Assembly (NCBI GenBank): GCA_022842945.1
Contig: JALHOO010000002.1
Location: 103,180 to 167,179 of the forward strand
DNA: 64,000 nucleotides
Source of the DNA: Minisyncoccota bacterium
GTDB lineage: Bacteria; Patescibacteriota; Minisyncoccia; Phycocordibacterales; Phycocordibacteraceae
Direction: 5' to 3'
Shown: positions 18,004 to 26,794 of the stretch, piece by piece
Layout: each line of letters opens with the position of its first letter
Position numbering within the stretch: position 1 is the stretch's first letter
Notes under the pieces: generated by a model
Seen by the model: the letters and a program-made list of their open reading frames with translations, nothing else
Told to the model about the DNA's origin: nothing
Databases searched by the model: none
Made by a program: the position numbers and the translations under genes

Positions 18004-19185
18004 TTAAAGCGCGTAGTTGGAAGGAGAAAAGGATATATCCTTCACCCTTCCGGAACCCAAGATCATTACTTCGTGGGGCAAAGCATGCATGTTGAAGTTG
18101 CTTGCCATAGAGAATCCGTACGCTCCAGCGTTTCGTATGGCGAGAAAGTCTCCTATCTCTGGACGAATCATAGGACGGCCTACGGCAAACAGATCTCCCG
18201 ACTCACACACGTTACCCGCTATCGATATTGCGGTCTTCGTACCACGCGTGCGCGAAAGGTTCTCTATGGGGTGATATGAGCCGTACATGGCATGTCTGAT
18301 GAGCTGATTGAACCCTGAATTCACTCCAGCAAACAGATGTGCGCTTGTCTCCTTCACGTCAACAACCGATACAAGTAGCGACCCGCTCTCGGCAACGATG
18401 AAGCGACCTGGCTCCATAGCGAATGACACTTCTCGCCCGTGCTTCTTAGCGAAGGCTTTAGACATGGCAACGAACTCCTTCCCTACCCTTTGAAGAGGAA
18501 GCTGTTTCTCTCCTGGCGCGTAGGGCACACCGAGACCTCCGCCGAAATCAATATGTGTGAGCTCCGGGAATGCCTCAGCAGTCTTAAGGAGGGTCTGCAT
18601 TGCCTTGATGAAGATGTCTGCAGAAAGAACGTTGGATCCTATATGCTGCTGGATACCAGTTATAGAAAGGCCGTACTTCTCCGCAATGCGCTTAGCCTCA
18701 GGAATGTCCTTTAGGGTTATGCCGAACTTGCTGTGAGGTCCTCCGGTTATGACATGCGCATGGTGTCCAGCTCCAATGCCCTGATTAAGTCTTAGGGACA
18801 CTTCCCTGCCCAGAGCGCGCCTTCCCCACGTCTCAAGCTGTGTAAGCGAATCAAGATGCACGCGTACGCCCGTCTGCGCAGCTGCACAGAGCTCTTCTTC
18901 AGTTAGGCTCGCGCACGTGAAGCTCGTATCTTTCTTCTTGAATCCAACTGATTTGGCCAGCGACAGCTCGCCCAGACTTACTGCCTCAACCCCTATTCCC
19001 TGCTTTCGTATACCCTTAAGTATCTCAGGGTTGCTGTTTGCCTTCATGGCGTAGTGGAACGCCACACTTGGGAAATACTTAAGAAGCTTCTGGCACTGAT
19101 TCTCAATAACAGACTGCTCGTACACGTAGACAGGGGTGCCGAAGGCACTTGCAACGTTTGTAAGCGCATCTGTTCCCTTTTTCAT
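18004..19185 (-). CDS. lysA: diaminopimelate decarboxylase (PLP-dependent, fold type III)
   Basis: HYAMKANSNPEIL (PLP lysine region), GGGLGVPY and CESGD motifs. Confidence 0.8.
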   Translation of the reverse strand: MKKGTDALTNVASAFGTPVYVYEQSVIENQCQKLLKYFPSVAFHYAMKANSNPEILKGIRKQGIGVEAVSLGELSLAKSVGFKKKDTSFTCASLTEEELCAAAQTGVRVHLDSLTQLETWGRRALGREVSLRLNQGIGAGHHAHVITGGPHSKFGITLKDIPEAKRIAEKYGLSITGIQQHIGSNVLSADIFIKAMQTLLKTAEAFPELTHIDFGGGLGVPYAPGEKQLPLQRVGKEFVAMSKAFAKKHGREVSFAMEPGRFIVAESGSLLVSVVDVKETSAHLFAGVNSGFNQLIRHAMYGSYHPIENLSRTRGTKTAISIAGNVCESGDLFAVGRPMIRPEIGDFLAIRNAGAYGFSMASNFNMHALPHEVMILGSGRVKDISFSPSNYAL

Positions 19186-19188
19186 GAG

Positions 19189-19261
19189 TGCGCCCGGAGG
19201 GAATCGAACCCCCGACCCTCTGTTCCGAAGACAGATGCTCTATCCCCTGAGCTACGGGCGC
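19189..19261 (-). tRNA. tRNA-Arg (anticodon TCG)
   Basis: GCGCCCG TAGCTCAGGGGATAGAGC A TCTGT CTTCGGA ACAGA GGGTC GGGGG TTCGATT CCCTC CGGGCGC A. Directly upstream of lysA. Confidence 0.75.
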
Positions 19262-19950
19262 TTCTGGTCACCATACTCTTCTTTACCGTAGTGTTCAATG
19301 AGCATTTGTTGCCAGTAGGTAATCTTTCGAAAGTATTTAACTTTTCCTAACTCAATTCGCACGCAACCAATGTAATTCGGTCTTTTCTTAACCATTAAAC
19401 CCTGCGATTTAAAGATTGTTTTCCCGAAGCGATTAAGAGGAATGGTAAGTAGCTTAGCCCACACCTCTTCATGCTTTTCGTGAGCAAAAGACTTGTGCGT
19501 ATACACACGCATTCTAATTTCATCCTCCGCAGGCCTAAGGTACTCCCTTATCCAATTAATCATCAATCTCGCCATTTCGGAATCAGAGTTCATGAAGCCA
19601 AACGCTGGTGACCTCTTCGAGCCTTCTGCCCAGTACAAACCGATTCCCAATATAAAGAAGGCGTCCTTCTTGTTCTGATCAAACTCTTTTCTTGCTTCTT
19701 CCAATATTTGCTTATCTCTTTCAAGGCGCGCTTGTCGAAGTGAGGTTGCGGCTCGTATTCTTCCGCGGCTTATACTACTGTCCTTTCTTCGCTTTAAGAG
19801 TCTCATTTCGGCTTCAGTAAGCACTGAATCCTTGAGCCATAGCGACACAGAGCTTTTTGAAACTGGCACTTTTTCAAGTATTTGGCGGTACGTTAGCCCC
19901 TTCTTGCGAAGCTCTAAGACAAGTTCCATTTCTCGAACCTTTGATAACAT
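19252..19950 (-). CDS. hypothetical protein with N-terminal HTH-like region and a possible single LAGLIDADG-like motif
   Basis: 232 aa; N-terminus LTYRQILEKVPVSKSSVSLWLK is HTH-like. FILGIGLYWAEGSK loosely resembles LAGLIDADGS. The 3' end overlaps tRNA-Arg by about 10 nt. Confidence 0.35.
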   Translation of the reverse strand: MLSKVREMELVLELRKKGLTYRQILEKVPVSKSSVSLWLKDSVLTEAEMRLLKRRKDSSISRGRIRAATSLRQARLERDKQILEEARKEFDQNKKDAFFILGIGLYWAEGSKRSPAFGFMNSDSEMARLMINWIREYLRPAEDEIRMRVYTHKSFAHEKHEEVWAKLLTIPLNRFGKTIFKSQGLMVKKRPNYIGCVRIELGKVKYFRKITYWQQMLIEHYGKEEYGDQKRP

Positions 19951-20006
19951 TTACTAATGATATCATATAAGGTACGAGTGATTGTGCCTATGCTAGTATT
20001 TTCCTA

Positions 20007-21470
20007 ATGAAGTTCCCTATTCCCCTTGAGGTTTCCCGTGTAACAGCCGATCTCCGAAGTGCAGGATATGAGGCATATCTGGTAGGCGGTTGCGTGCGCG
20101 ACCTCCTTTTAGGACGGAACCCGAAGGACTGGGACGTAACCACAAACGCTAAGCCTGAGCAGATTCAGGCAGTATTTCCAGAATCCTTCTATGAGAACGA
20201 TTTCGGTACGGTAGGAGTGAAGACCGGAAGCGAGGACAACACCCTCGCAATTATTGAAGTGACCCCTTACCGCACGGAGACCGGGTACTCAGACAAGCGC
20301 AGACCTGACGCTGTGGCATTTGGGGATAACTTAGAGGAGGATCTTGCTCGCCGTGACTTCACCATCAATGCCATTGCCCTTGATGATTCTAAAGGACATT
20401 TCATTGACCCCTTTAAAGGACAGGAGGACGTACAGTCGAAGGTATTAAGGACAGTTGGGGTTGCTGCGGACCGTTTTGAAGAGGACGCACTGCGTCTTAT
20501 GAGGGCCGTTCGCCTCGTGGCTGAGCTTGAATTCGCTCTAGACGCCGACACGGCCGCCGCAATCCAGGAGAAGGGACCGAACCTCAAGCACATTTCACGT
20601 GAAAGGGTTCGGGATGAGTTCGTTCGCATCCTGAACTCTAAGCAGCCCATGATGGCTCTGGTTCTCTGCCAGCAGCTCGGTATTCTCACGTATATAGCTC
20701 CCGACCTCACACGCGGAATAGGCATAGACCAGAATCAAGCCCATAGTTACGACGTATTTGGACATCTCATCCGCTCCCTTCAGCATGCTGCTGACAAGGA
20801 CTGGGGCTTTGATATACGCCTAGCAGCTGTTTTTCATGACGTTTCAAAGCCTGAGACCAGGCGCTGGTCTGACGAAAAGAACGATTGGACCTTCCACGGA
20901 CATGAGGTTGTTGGTTCACGTGTAACAAAGAGGGCTTTGGAAGACCTTAAGTTTTCACGTGAAACTATAGAGAAAGTGACCAAATTGGTCCGTTGGCACA
21001 TGTTCTTCTCTGATCCTGATCAGATTACCCTTTCAGCAGTTCGACGCATGATTCGCAATGTTGGCGAGGAACACATTTGGGATCTCCTCAACCTCCGGAT
21101 ATGCGACCGCATTGGCACAGGACGCCCGAAGGAGCAGCCGTTCAGGTTCCGCAGGTATAAGGCTATGGTTGAGGAGGCGCTTAGGGACCCAATATCTGTG
21201 ACCATGCTAAAGACTGACGGCTCACGGATTATGGAGAAGTTCCACGTGCAACCAGGTCCAAAGATAGGTTTTGCCCTGCACGCCCTTCTTGAAGAGGTTC
21301 TAGAGGACCCAAAGCGCAATACTGAGGATTACCTAGACGGGCGGACCAAGTCCCTTCTTGAGCTCCCTGAGGCTGAACTAAAAGAGTTAGGGGATTCTGG
21401 AAAGAAGCGCCGAGAGGCTGAGGAAGAACGAGAGATCAAAGAAATCCTAGAGAAGCATCACGTTTGCTAG
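20007..21470 (+). CDS. cca: CCA-adding tRNA nucleotidyltransferase with HD domain
   Basis: GGCVRDLLLGRNPKDWDVTT (pol-beta-like nucleotidyltransferase head); HD motifs FHDVSKPET and HGHEVVGS. Confidence 0.85.
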   Translation: MKFPIPLEVSRVTADLRSAGYEAYLVGGCVRDLLLGRNPKDWDVTTNAKPEQIQAVFPESFYENDFGTVGVKTGSEDNTLAIIEVTPYRTETGYSDKRRPDAVAFGDNLEEDLARRDFTINAIALDDSKGHFIDPFKGQEDVQSKVLRTVGVAADRFEEDALRLMRAVRLVAELEFALDADTAAAIQEKGPNLKHISRERVRDEFVRILNSKQPMMALVLCQQLGILTYIAPDLTRGIGIDQNQAHSYDVFGHLIRSLQHAADKDWGFDIRLAAVFHDVSKPETRRWSDEKNDWTFHGHEVVGSRVTKRALEDLKFSRETIEKVTKLVRWHMFFSDPDQITLSAVRRMIRNVGEEHIWDLLNLRICDRIGTGRPKEQPFRFRRYKAMVEEALRDPISVTMLKTDGSRIMEKFHVQPGPKIGFALHALLEEVLEDPKRNTEDYLDGRTKSLLELPEAELKELGDSGKKRREAEEEREIKEILEKHHVC

Positions 21471-21499
21471 ATACTGCTCTCTTTCACGTGGAACACAGC

Positions 21500-21523
21500 A
21501 AAAGCCCGTATATACGGGCTTTT
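21500..21523 (+). terminator. intrinsic terminator hairpin GCCCGTATATACGGGC after cca
   Basis: aaaagcccgtatatacgggcttttgg. It is flanked by inverted copies of the TTTCACGTGGAACA motif. Confidence 0.55.
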
Positions 21524-21958
21524 GGCTTGAAAGTAGACTGTTCCACGTGAAAACCACCATAAAACAGAAGACCGCCTGTGAGGGCGGTCTCTTCTGTGGT
21601 TCGTCCAAACGACGGGAAAGGTTGGGGTTGGGGGCTTTGGTAGCTCCCGTCAGGAGAATATGGACGTACTACAGGCGCACAAATGTACTGATGGGTGTGT
21701 TTTCACGTGGAACAGATCGAACCGGACCCAGTCTGTGTAATGCGGATACGCCGCGATTCGTTGGACAGCCGATACGTACACGCTAGTGGCACGAGAGCAC
21801 GAAGGTACGAGCAAGGAACATTCGGTTCCTGGAACGCCTGCCTACGGCTCTCGCGAGCGTTGCTGACCCCCAGGTCTTTATAGATACTACTCCTGTATAG
21901 GACATAGTAAAGGACAACTATGGGGATAGTGTGGACAACCTGTCTTTAATACTGTCCT

Positions 21959-22752
21959 TTAGAGCGTAATGGACACGGGGCAGTGGTCTGATCCCATAAT
22001 GTCTGCATGAATAGCCGCTTCTTTGACCTTAGGTGCAAAAGCCTTTGATACAAACACATAATCGATTCGCCACCCGACGTTTCGCTCCCTAGATTTTGCG
22101 AAATGGCTCCACCAGGAGTAGTGCCCCTTGCCTTCAGTGAAGAGGCGGAACGTATCTACAAATCCAGCCGCAATAACCTTATCGATTCCCTCGCGTTCTT
22201 CGTTTGTATATCCATGCTTTCCTTCGTTTGGTTTGGGGTTTGCAAGGTCGTTTGGCGTATGGGCAGCATTTAAGTCGCCACAGAATATAACTGGCTTTTC
22301 CTCTTCAAGCCGTTTCATGTATTCAAGAAACGCCGGGTCCCATTGCGTATGGCGCAGTGAAAGTCGTGAAAGATCCTCCTTGGAGTTCGGTGTATACACG
22401 GAGACAACCCAGAAAGACGTCATGTCGGCCGCTATGATGCGTCCTTCTTCATTCGGGTCTCCGTACCCATCCCCAGAAAGCCCGTATTTGCTAGCTATGT
22501 CGGCAGGCATGCCAAACGCCACATTCTCCGGAACCTGCTTTGAGAATATCGCTGTGCCGCTGTAGCCCTTCTTATTCTTTGCCGAGTGCCAGTATTCCTC
22601 ATACCCCATGAGGTCAACAGGGGACTGGTGCTGTTCTGCCTTTGTTTCTTGAAGGCAGATAATATCTGGCTTCAATTGCTTAATAAATGGCTCAAATAAG
22701 CCCTTGGTATGTACAGCACGAATGCCATTCACGTTCCATGAAACGATTCTCA
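21959..22752 (-). CDS. xth: exodeoxyribonuclease III (AP endonuclease)
   Basis: MRIVSWNVNGIRAVH...ICLQETK and the C-terminal SDHCPV motif. Track ORF start 22834 trimmed to the conserved MRIVSWN start. Confidence 0.85.
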
Positions 22753-22775
22753 TGCCTCTATTGTATACCCAAGAG

Positions 22776-23711
22776 TTATCGACCTTTCCCGTGGAACTTC
22801 TTATGGACGTCTCTAAGGTGACTGTCCGTAACATGCGTGTAAATCTGCGTCGTATTTATGGACGCATGACCCAGTAGAGCCTGAACACTACGTATATCAG
22901 CTCCGTTTGAGAGTAAATCAGTCGCAAAAGAGTGTCGCATCACGTGAGGCGTAACTTTCTTTGTTATACCAGCCTTTGCAGCATAGGTTTTGATGAGTAA
23001 CTCAATAGAGCGGGGAGTGAGGCGGGTGGGTACGCGCTTCTTTGTCTCAGTGCTTCGCGCAACACTAACGAAAAGTGCTGGCTCCATGTCCGTACGAGCT
23101 TTCAAGTAGGCTCTTGTAGCGTCTTTTGCAGCGTCCGAGAGGAACACTACACGTACCTTGTCTCCCTTGCCGCGAATAGGGAAGTCGTCCCGCGAGAGAT
23201 CTATATCGGAATCCAGAGAACACAGCTCGGAAACACGCAGGCCTGTAGAGAAGAGCATTTCAAGAATCGCTTTATCTCGTAGAGCGCGTTCGCCATTGCC
23301 ATCGGTCGCGGCAAGAAGACGTTCCAGCTCTTGGCTAGAAATAAGGTCCAAATGGCGCTCAGGCACCTTTGCAAGTTCTATCTTCTCCGGAGAGAGGGAA
23401 GGGATATCGCGCTTCCTGAGGTATTTTAGGTACGCACGTAGCGCAATAAGGTAATAGTTCTGCGTTCTGCGCTTCATGGAGTCCTTGTTGGTGCCCGGCT
23501 GTCGGTTAAGCCAAAGCCGGAATTCACGCACATTGGCTTCGTTTATGTCTTTAGCCTCCCGTATGCCCATTTGGTCTATAAAACGAGTCAGGTAATGGTC
23601 GTAGTTCTCAACGGTTTTCACCGCACGACCGCGCTCAATCTCTATATATTCGAGAAACTCACGCTTCATCTGTCGAGCATCCATAGGGAAAGGGTACCAT
23701 GAACTTCGCAC
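22776..23711 (-). CDS. tyrosine site-specific recombinase XerC/XerD family
   Basis: C-terminal HVMRHSFATDLLSNGADIRSVQALLGHASINTTQIYTHV (R..HxxR..Y catalytic signature); N-terminal SAM-like domain. The true start may be the internal Met about 27 nt downstream. Confidence 0.85.
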   Translation of the reverse strand: MRSSWYPFPMDARQMKREFLEYIEIERGRAVKTVENYDHYLTRFIDQMGIREAKDINEANVREFRLWLNRQPGTNKDSMKRRTQNYYLIALRAYLKYLRKRDIPSLSPEKIELAKVPERHLDLISSQELERLLAATDGNGERALRDKAILEMLFSTGLRVSELCSLDSDIDLSRDDFPIRGKGDKVRVVFLSDAAKDATRAYLKARTDMEPALFVSVARSTETKKRVPTRLTPRSIELLIKTYAAKAGITKKVTPHVMRHSFATDLLSNGADIRSVQALLGHASINTTQIYTHVTDSHLRDVHKKFHGKGR

Positions 23712-23787
23712 AATATTGTTTACGTGGCAGACTCCTCCTACTAGGAAACACTTGCGCTTTTAATCAAGGTGTGGTAAGGTACATCCA

Positions 23788-24054
23788 ATGCTAACGAAAC
23801 GAGTAAAGACCGCCACTATTAAGAATGTGGCACGCCACCCCGAGGATACCGGCTCTGCCGACGTCCAGGTAGCTATACTTAGCCGCAAGATTGAGGAGCT
23901 CACCAGCCACCTTAAGAAGAACAAGAAGGATTTCCACTCCCGTCGCGGTCTTCTCCAGATGGTTGCTGATCGCCGCACCCATCTTCGCTACCTTGAGAAG
24001 AACGACAAGCGCCGCTACAGCGCGGTTGTGAAGAAGCTCGGTCTCAAGAAGTAG
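23788..24054 (+). CDS. rpsO: 30S ribosomal protein S15
   Basis: 88 aa; ...HSRRGLLQMVADRRTHLRYLEKND... is the S15 signature. Confidence 0.95.
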   Translation: MLTKRVKTATIKNVARHPEDTGSADVQVAILSRKIEELTSHLKKNKKDFHSRRGLLQMVADRRTHLRYLEKNDKRRYSAVVKKLGLKK

Positions 24055-24155
24055 GGAATCGCGGGCAACAGCCCGCGATTTTCGTTTCTAAGCAGGTGCT
24101 AGAATATATCAGAGGCTCCTCTGAGCCTATTACATCCTTTTAATACAAAACAACT

Positions 24156-24668
24156 ATGCCCGTGATAAAACATCCGGCGCAGCGTGTGGGGGTTTTTATA
24201 GATACCCAGAACCTCTACCACAGCGCCAAGCATCTCTATAAGTCTCGCGTTAACTTCGCTAAGGTTCTTGAAGAAGCAGTAGGGGACCGTATTCTTGTGC
24301 GCGCGATTGCGTACGTCATCTCGACAGAGGGAGGCGACGAGAGTGCGTTCTTCGATGCGCTTACAAAGATTGGTATCGAAACTAAGGTAAAAGGACTCCA
24401 GATATTCTCTGACGGCGCCAAGAAGGCAGACTGGGACGTTGGTCTCGCTATTGATGCCGTAAAGCTCGCTCCGAAGCTTGATACCGTGATTATCGCTTCA
24501 GGAGACGGGGACTTCGTGCCTCTCATTGAGTACTTGGATATGAACCAAGGCTGTCAGGTTGAGGTTATTTCCTTCGGAAAGTCCTCTTCACAGAAACTGA
24601 AAGAAGCGGCACATGCCTTTACCGACATGTGTGACGACCCGAAGAAGTTCATAATCGGACACCGATAG
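24156..24668 (+). CDS. NYN-domain (LabA-like, PIN-fold) protein
   Basis: VFIDTQNLY ... DVGLAIDAV ... SGDGDFVPL match the NYN/LabA acidic active-site pattern. Confidence 0.65.
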   Translation: MPVIKHPAQRVGVFIDTQNLYHSAKHLYKSRVNFAKVLEEAVGDRILVRAIAYVISTEGGDESAFFDALTKIGIETKVKGLQIFSDGAKKADWDVGLAIDAVKLAPKLDTVIIASGDGDFVPLIEYLDMNQGCQVEVISFGKSSSQKLKEAAHAFTDMCDDPKKFIIGHR

Positions 24669-24680
24669 CACAGACAGAGG

Positions 24681-24712
24681 AAAAGCCGCACTCAACTTGA
24701 GTGCGGCTTTTC
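24681..24712 (+). terminator. intrinsic terminator after the NYN gene
   Basis: aaaagccgcactcaacttgagtgcggcttttcc. Confidence 0.6.
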
Positions 24713-24771
24713 CTATACACGCACCTTCGGGCCATACGTGTCAGTGCACGGTATAATTCGAGCAGCATTGT

Positions 24772-26391
24772 ATGGCGACACCCACTGACCCAACGAAAGT
24801 ACCGAGCTCGCAAAGTACTCCTGATTCTACGCACGCTACCGAGCGCGCAAGCATGAACAATGCACTTGAGGATCGTTCCCAGTTCATTCGCACCATGGCC
24901 AAAGACATGGCTCAGTTTTCACGTAATCCTGCACCCGCATCGCCTGCGCGTCCAGCTAAACTTCCACCAAAGCAAAAAGAAACTGTCGGTGACGTAACCC
25001 TCGACGTTGCCGAACAACCATTTTTCGAGAAGCCGGAGTCTCGCGACGAGCGCGACGCAGAAGAGCCAGTTGCGCTACCTTCTTTTAAGGAGGCAGGGGA
25101 GATAACCGAGTCCGCACCCGTGCAGCCACTTGCAACACCCGAGACTCTTGAAGCCGATCGTTCTGCAGTACTTGATAGACTCCGCCAGAAAGTAGGGGAG
25201 AGTGCTCAGATGTCTATACAACAGTCGCCAGCACCAGTAGTGCCTGAACCTGCTCCACAGCCAGTACCTGCACCCGTAAAGAACCCGGAGCCGGAGTCTG
25301 CATGGTCAAATATCCCAACACCAGCACCCGCGTTTACGCCGCTTTCAGAGCCTGTTCCACCCCGCATGCCTCCTGTCTCTAAGCCGCAAGCTCCGGAGAC
25401 GTATCGCGAACCCATAGAGACATACACACCCCCTAAGCCTGCACCAAGCACGAGCCCTGAAGCGCTCCACACTTATACGAGTGACTTCTCAGACCGCATT
25501 GATACACAGAAAGCATCGACGTTCTCTGTACTGGCCGCGGAACAAGATGCTCAGTCCAAGGCACCGACTGTACTTACCACGAGCAAGGGACTACCAAAGA
25601 AAGCTCTCTTTGCGGTACTAACGAGTATTCTACTTCTTACTCTTGCTGGGGGCGGCATCTTCTTTACGTATCAGTTCGTTATGACCATGCGCGACACACC
25701 TATCGCCTCGCTCACGGTTCCATCTATCGTATTCGCTGATGAGTACCGGGAACTTGAGGGAAGTGGTTCTGCGCTCCTACAGGCTTTGCGGGCCACGACT
25801 GACGCAACACTCATCCCAGGGAACGTGCTCGTTACGTATATCCTTACCTCGTCAGAGAGCGGGGACGGCTCTATCGTGCAGACTCCCGCAGGAGGAGATG
25901 CCTTTGTACGCGCCCTTCAAATTCCAGCTCCAGACATACTGCTTCGCAACATTGCGGAGCAAAGTACCATTGGTGTGATTAACACTAATGCTCAGAACAC
26001 TCCTTTCTTCGCGCTTCGCGTTGATTCCTACGAGCGAACCTACGCCGGCATGCTTACCTGGGAACCTCTCATGACTCGAGACCTCGGGCTCTTGTTCCCG
26101 CTCTATCCCGTAACAAGTGCTCCTGTTGAAGAGGTGAGTGAGCCTGTCGCTACGACCACCGCCTCAACCACCGTGTCCGTAAGCACGAGCACCGTACAGT
26201 TGCAGGAAGTGCAGGCAACGGCACGTACCCGCTTCGAGGACGCCATAGTAGCTAATCGTGATGTGCGCATACTACGCGACAGCCGTGGCCGTTCTCTTAT
26301 GCTCTATGGCTACGCAGACAAACAGACGTTATTGATTGTTCGCGACGAGGCGGTATTTGAAGCCCTTATTTCGAGGCTCAAAACCGATTAG
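24772..26391 (+). CDS. hypothetical Pro/Ala/Glu-rich protein with a single TM helix and a C-terminal globular domain
   Basis: 539 aa; PAPVVPEPAPQPVPAPVKNPEPE low-complexity region; TM ALFAVLTSILLLTLAGGGIFF. Confidence 0.4.
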   Translation: MATPTDPTKVPSSQSTPDSTHATERASMNNALEDRSQFIRTMAKDMAQFSRNPAPASPARPAKLPPKQKETVGDVTLDVAEQPFFEKPESRDERDAEEPVALPSFKEAGEITESAPVQPLATPETLEADRSAVLDRLRQKVGESAQMSIQQSPAPVVPEPAPQPVPAPVKNPEPESAWSNIPTPAPAFTPLSEPVPPRMPPVSKPQAPETYREPIETYTPPKPAPSTSPEALHTYTSDFSDRIDTQKASTFSVLAAEQDAQSKAPTVLTTSKGLPKKALFAVLTSILLLTLAGGGIFFTYQFVMTMRDTPIASLTVPSIVFADEYRELEGSGSALLQALRATTDATLIPGNVLVTYILTSSESGDGSIVQTPAGGDAFVRALQIPAPDILLRNIAEQSTIGVINTNAQNTPFFALRVDSYERTYAGMLTWEPLMTRDLGLLFPLYPVTSAPVEEVSEPVATTTASTTVSVSTSTVQLQEVQATARTRFEDAIVANRDVRILRDSRGRSLMLYGYADKQTLLIVRDEAVFEALISRLKTD

Positions 26392-26439
26392 GATACTCGT
26401 CTTGCCAGGCATAGCGCCCGGCATGGTAGTATCGTTCAC

Positions 26440-26793
26440 ATGAATACTGAACACTTTCGCACCCGTCTTCTTGAGGAAAAGGCAGCTCTTGAGGCTTCGC
26501 TTTCAACAGTAGGACGCAAGAATCCAAGCAATGAGAATGATTGGGAGGCAACTCCTGAAGAAACTGGACTTGAGGCTGACCCGAACGACCGGGCTGACCA
26601 GATGGAGGAGTTTGGCAACAACAGCGCCATCCTCACCGACCTTGAAACCCGGTACAACGATGTAAAGGCAGCGCTTGAGCGTATTGATGCTGGTACCTAC
26701 GGAACCTGCACCGTGTCGGGCGAGCAGATCGAAGAGGATCGTCTTGAGGCTGACCCTGCTGCAGCAACCTCTAAGGCGCACATGAACGACTAA
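26440..26793 (+). CDS. DksA/TraR-family-like protein with degenerate zinc finger
   Basis: 117 aa; coiled-coil N-terminus. The C-terminal GTCTVSGEQIEEDRL resembles the DksA C4 finger but keeps only one Cys. Confidence 0.45.
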   Translation: MNTEHFRTRLLEEKAALEASLSTVGRKNPSNENDWEATPEETGLEADPNDRADQMEEFGNNSAILTDLETRYNDVKAALERIDAGTYGTCTVSGEQIEEDRLEADPAAATSKAHMND

Positions 26794-26794
26794 T

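Noticed and set aside
21547-21883. 79-aa and 62-aa ORFs downstream of cca
   Set aside because: They lie in a repeat-containing, terminator-bearing intergenic region with no protein-like features.
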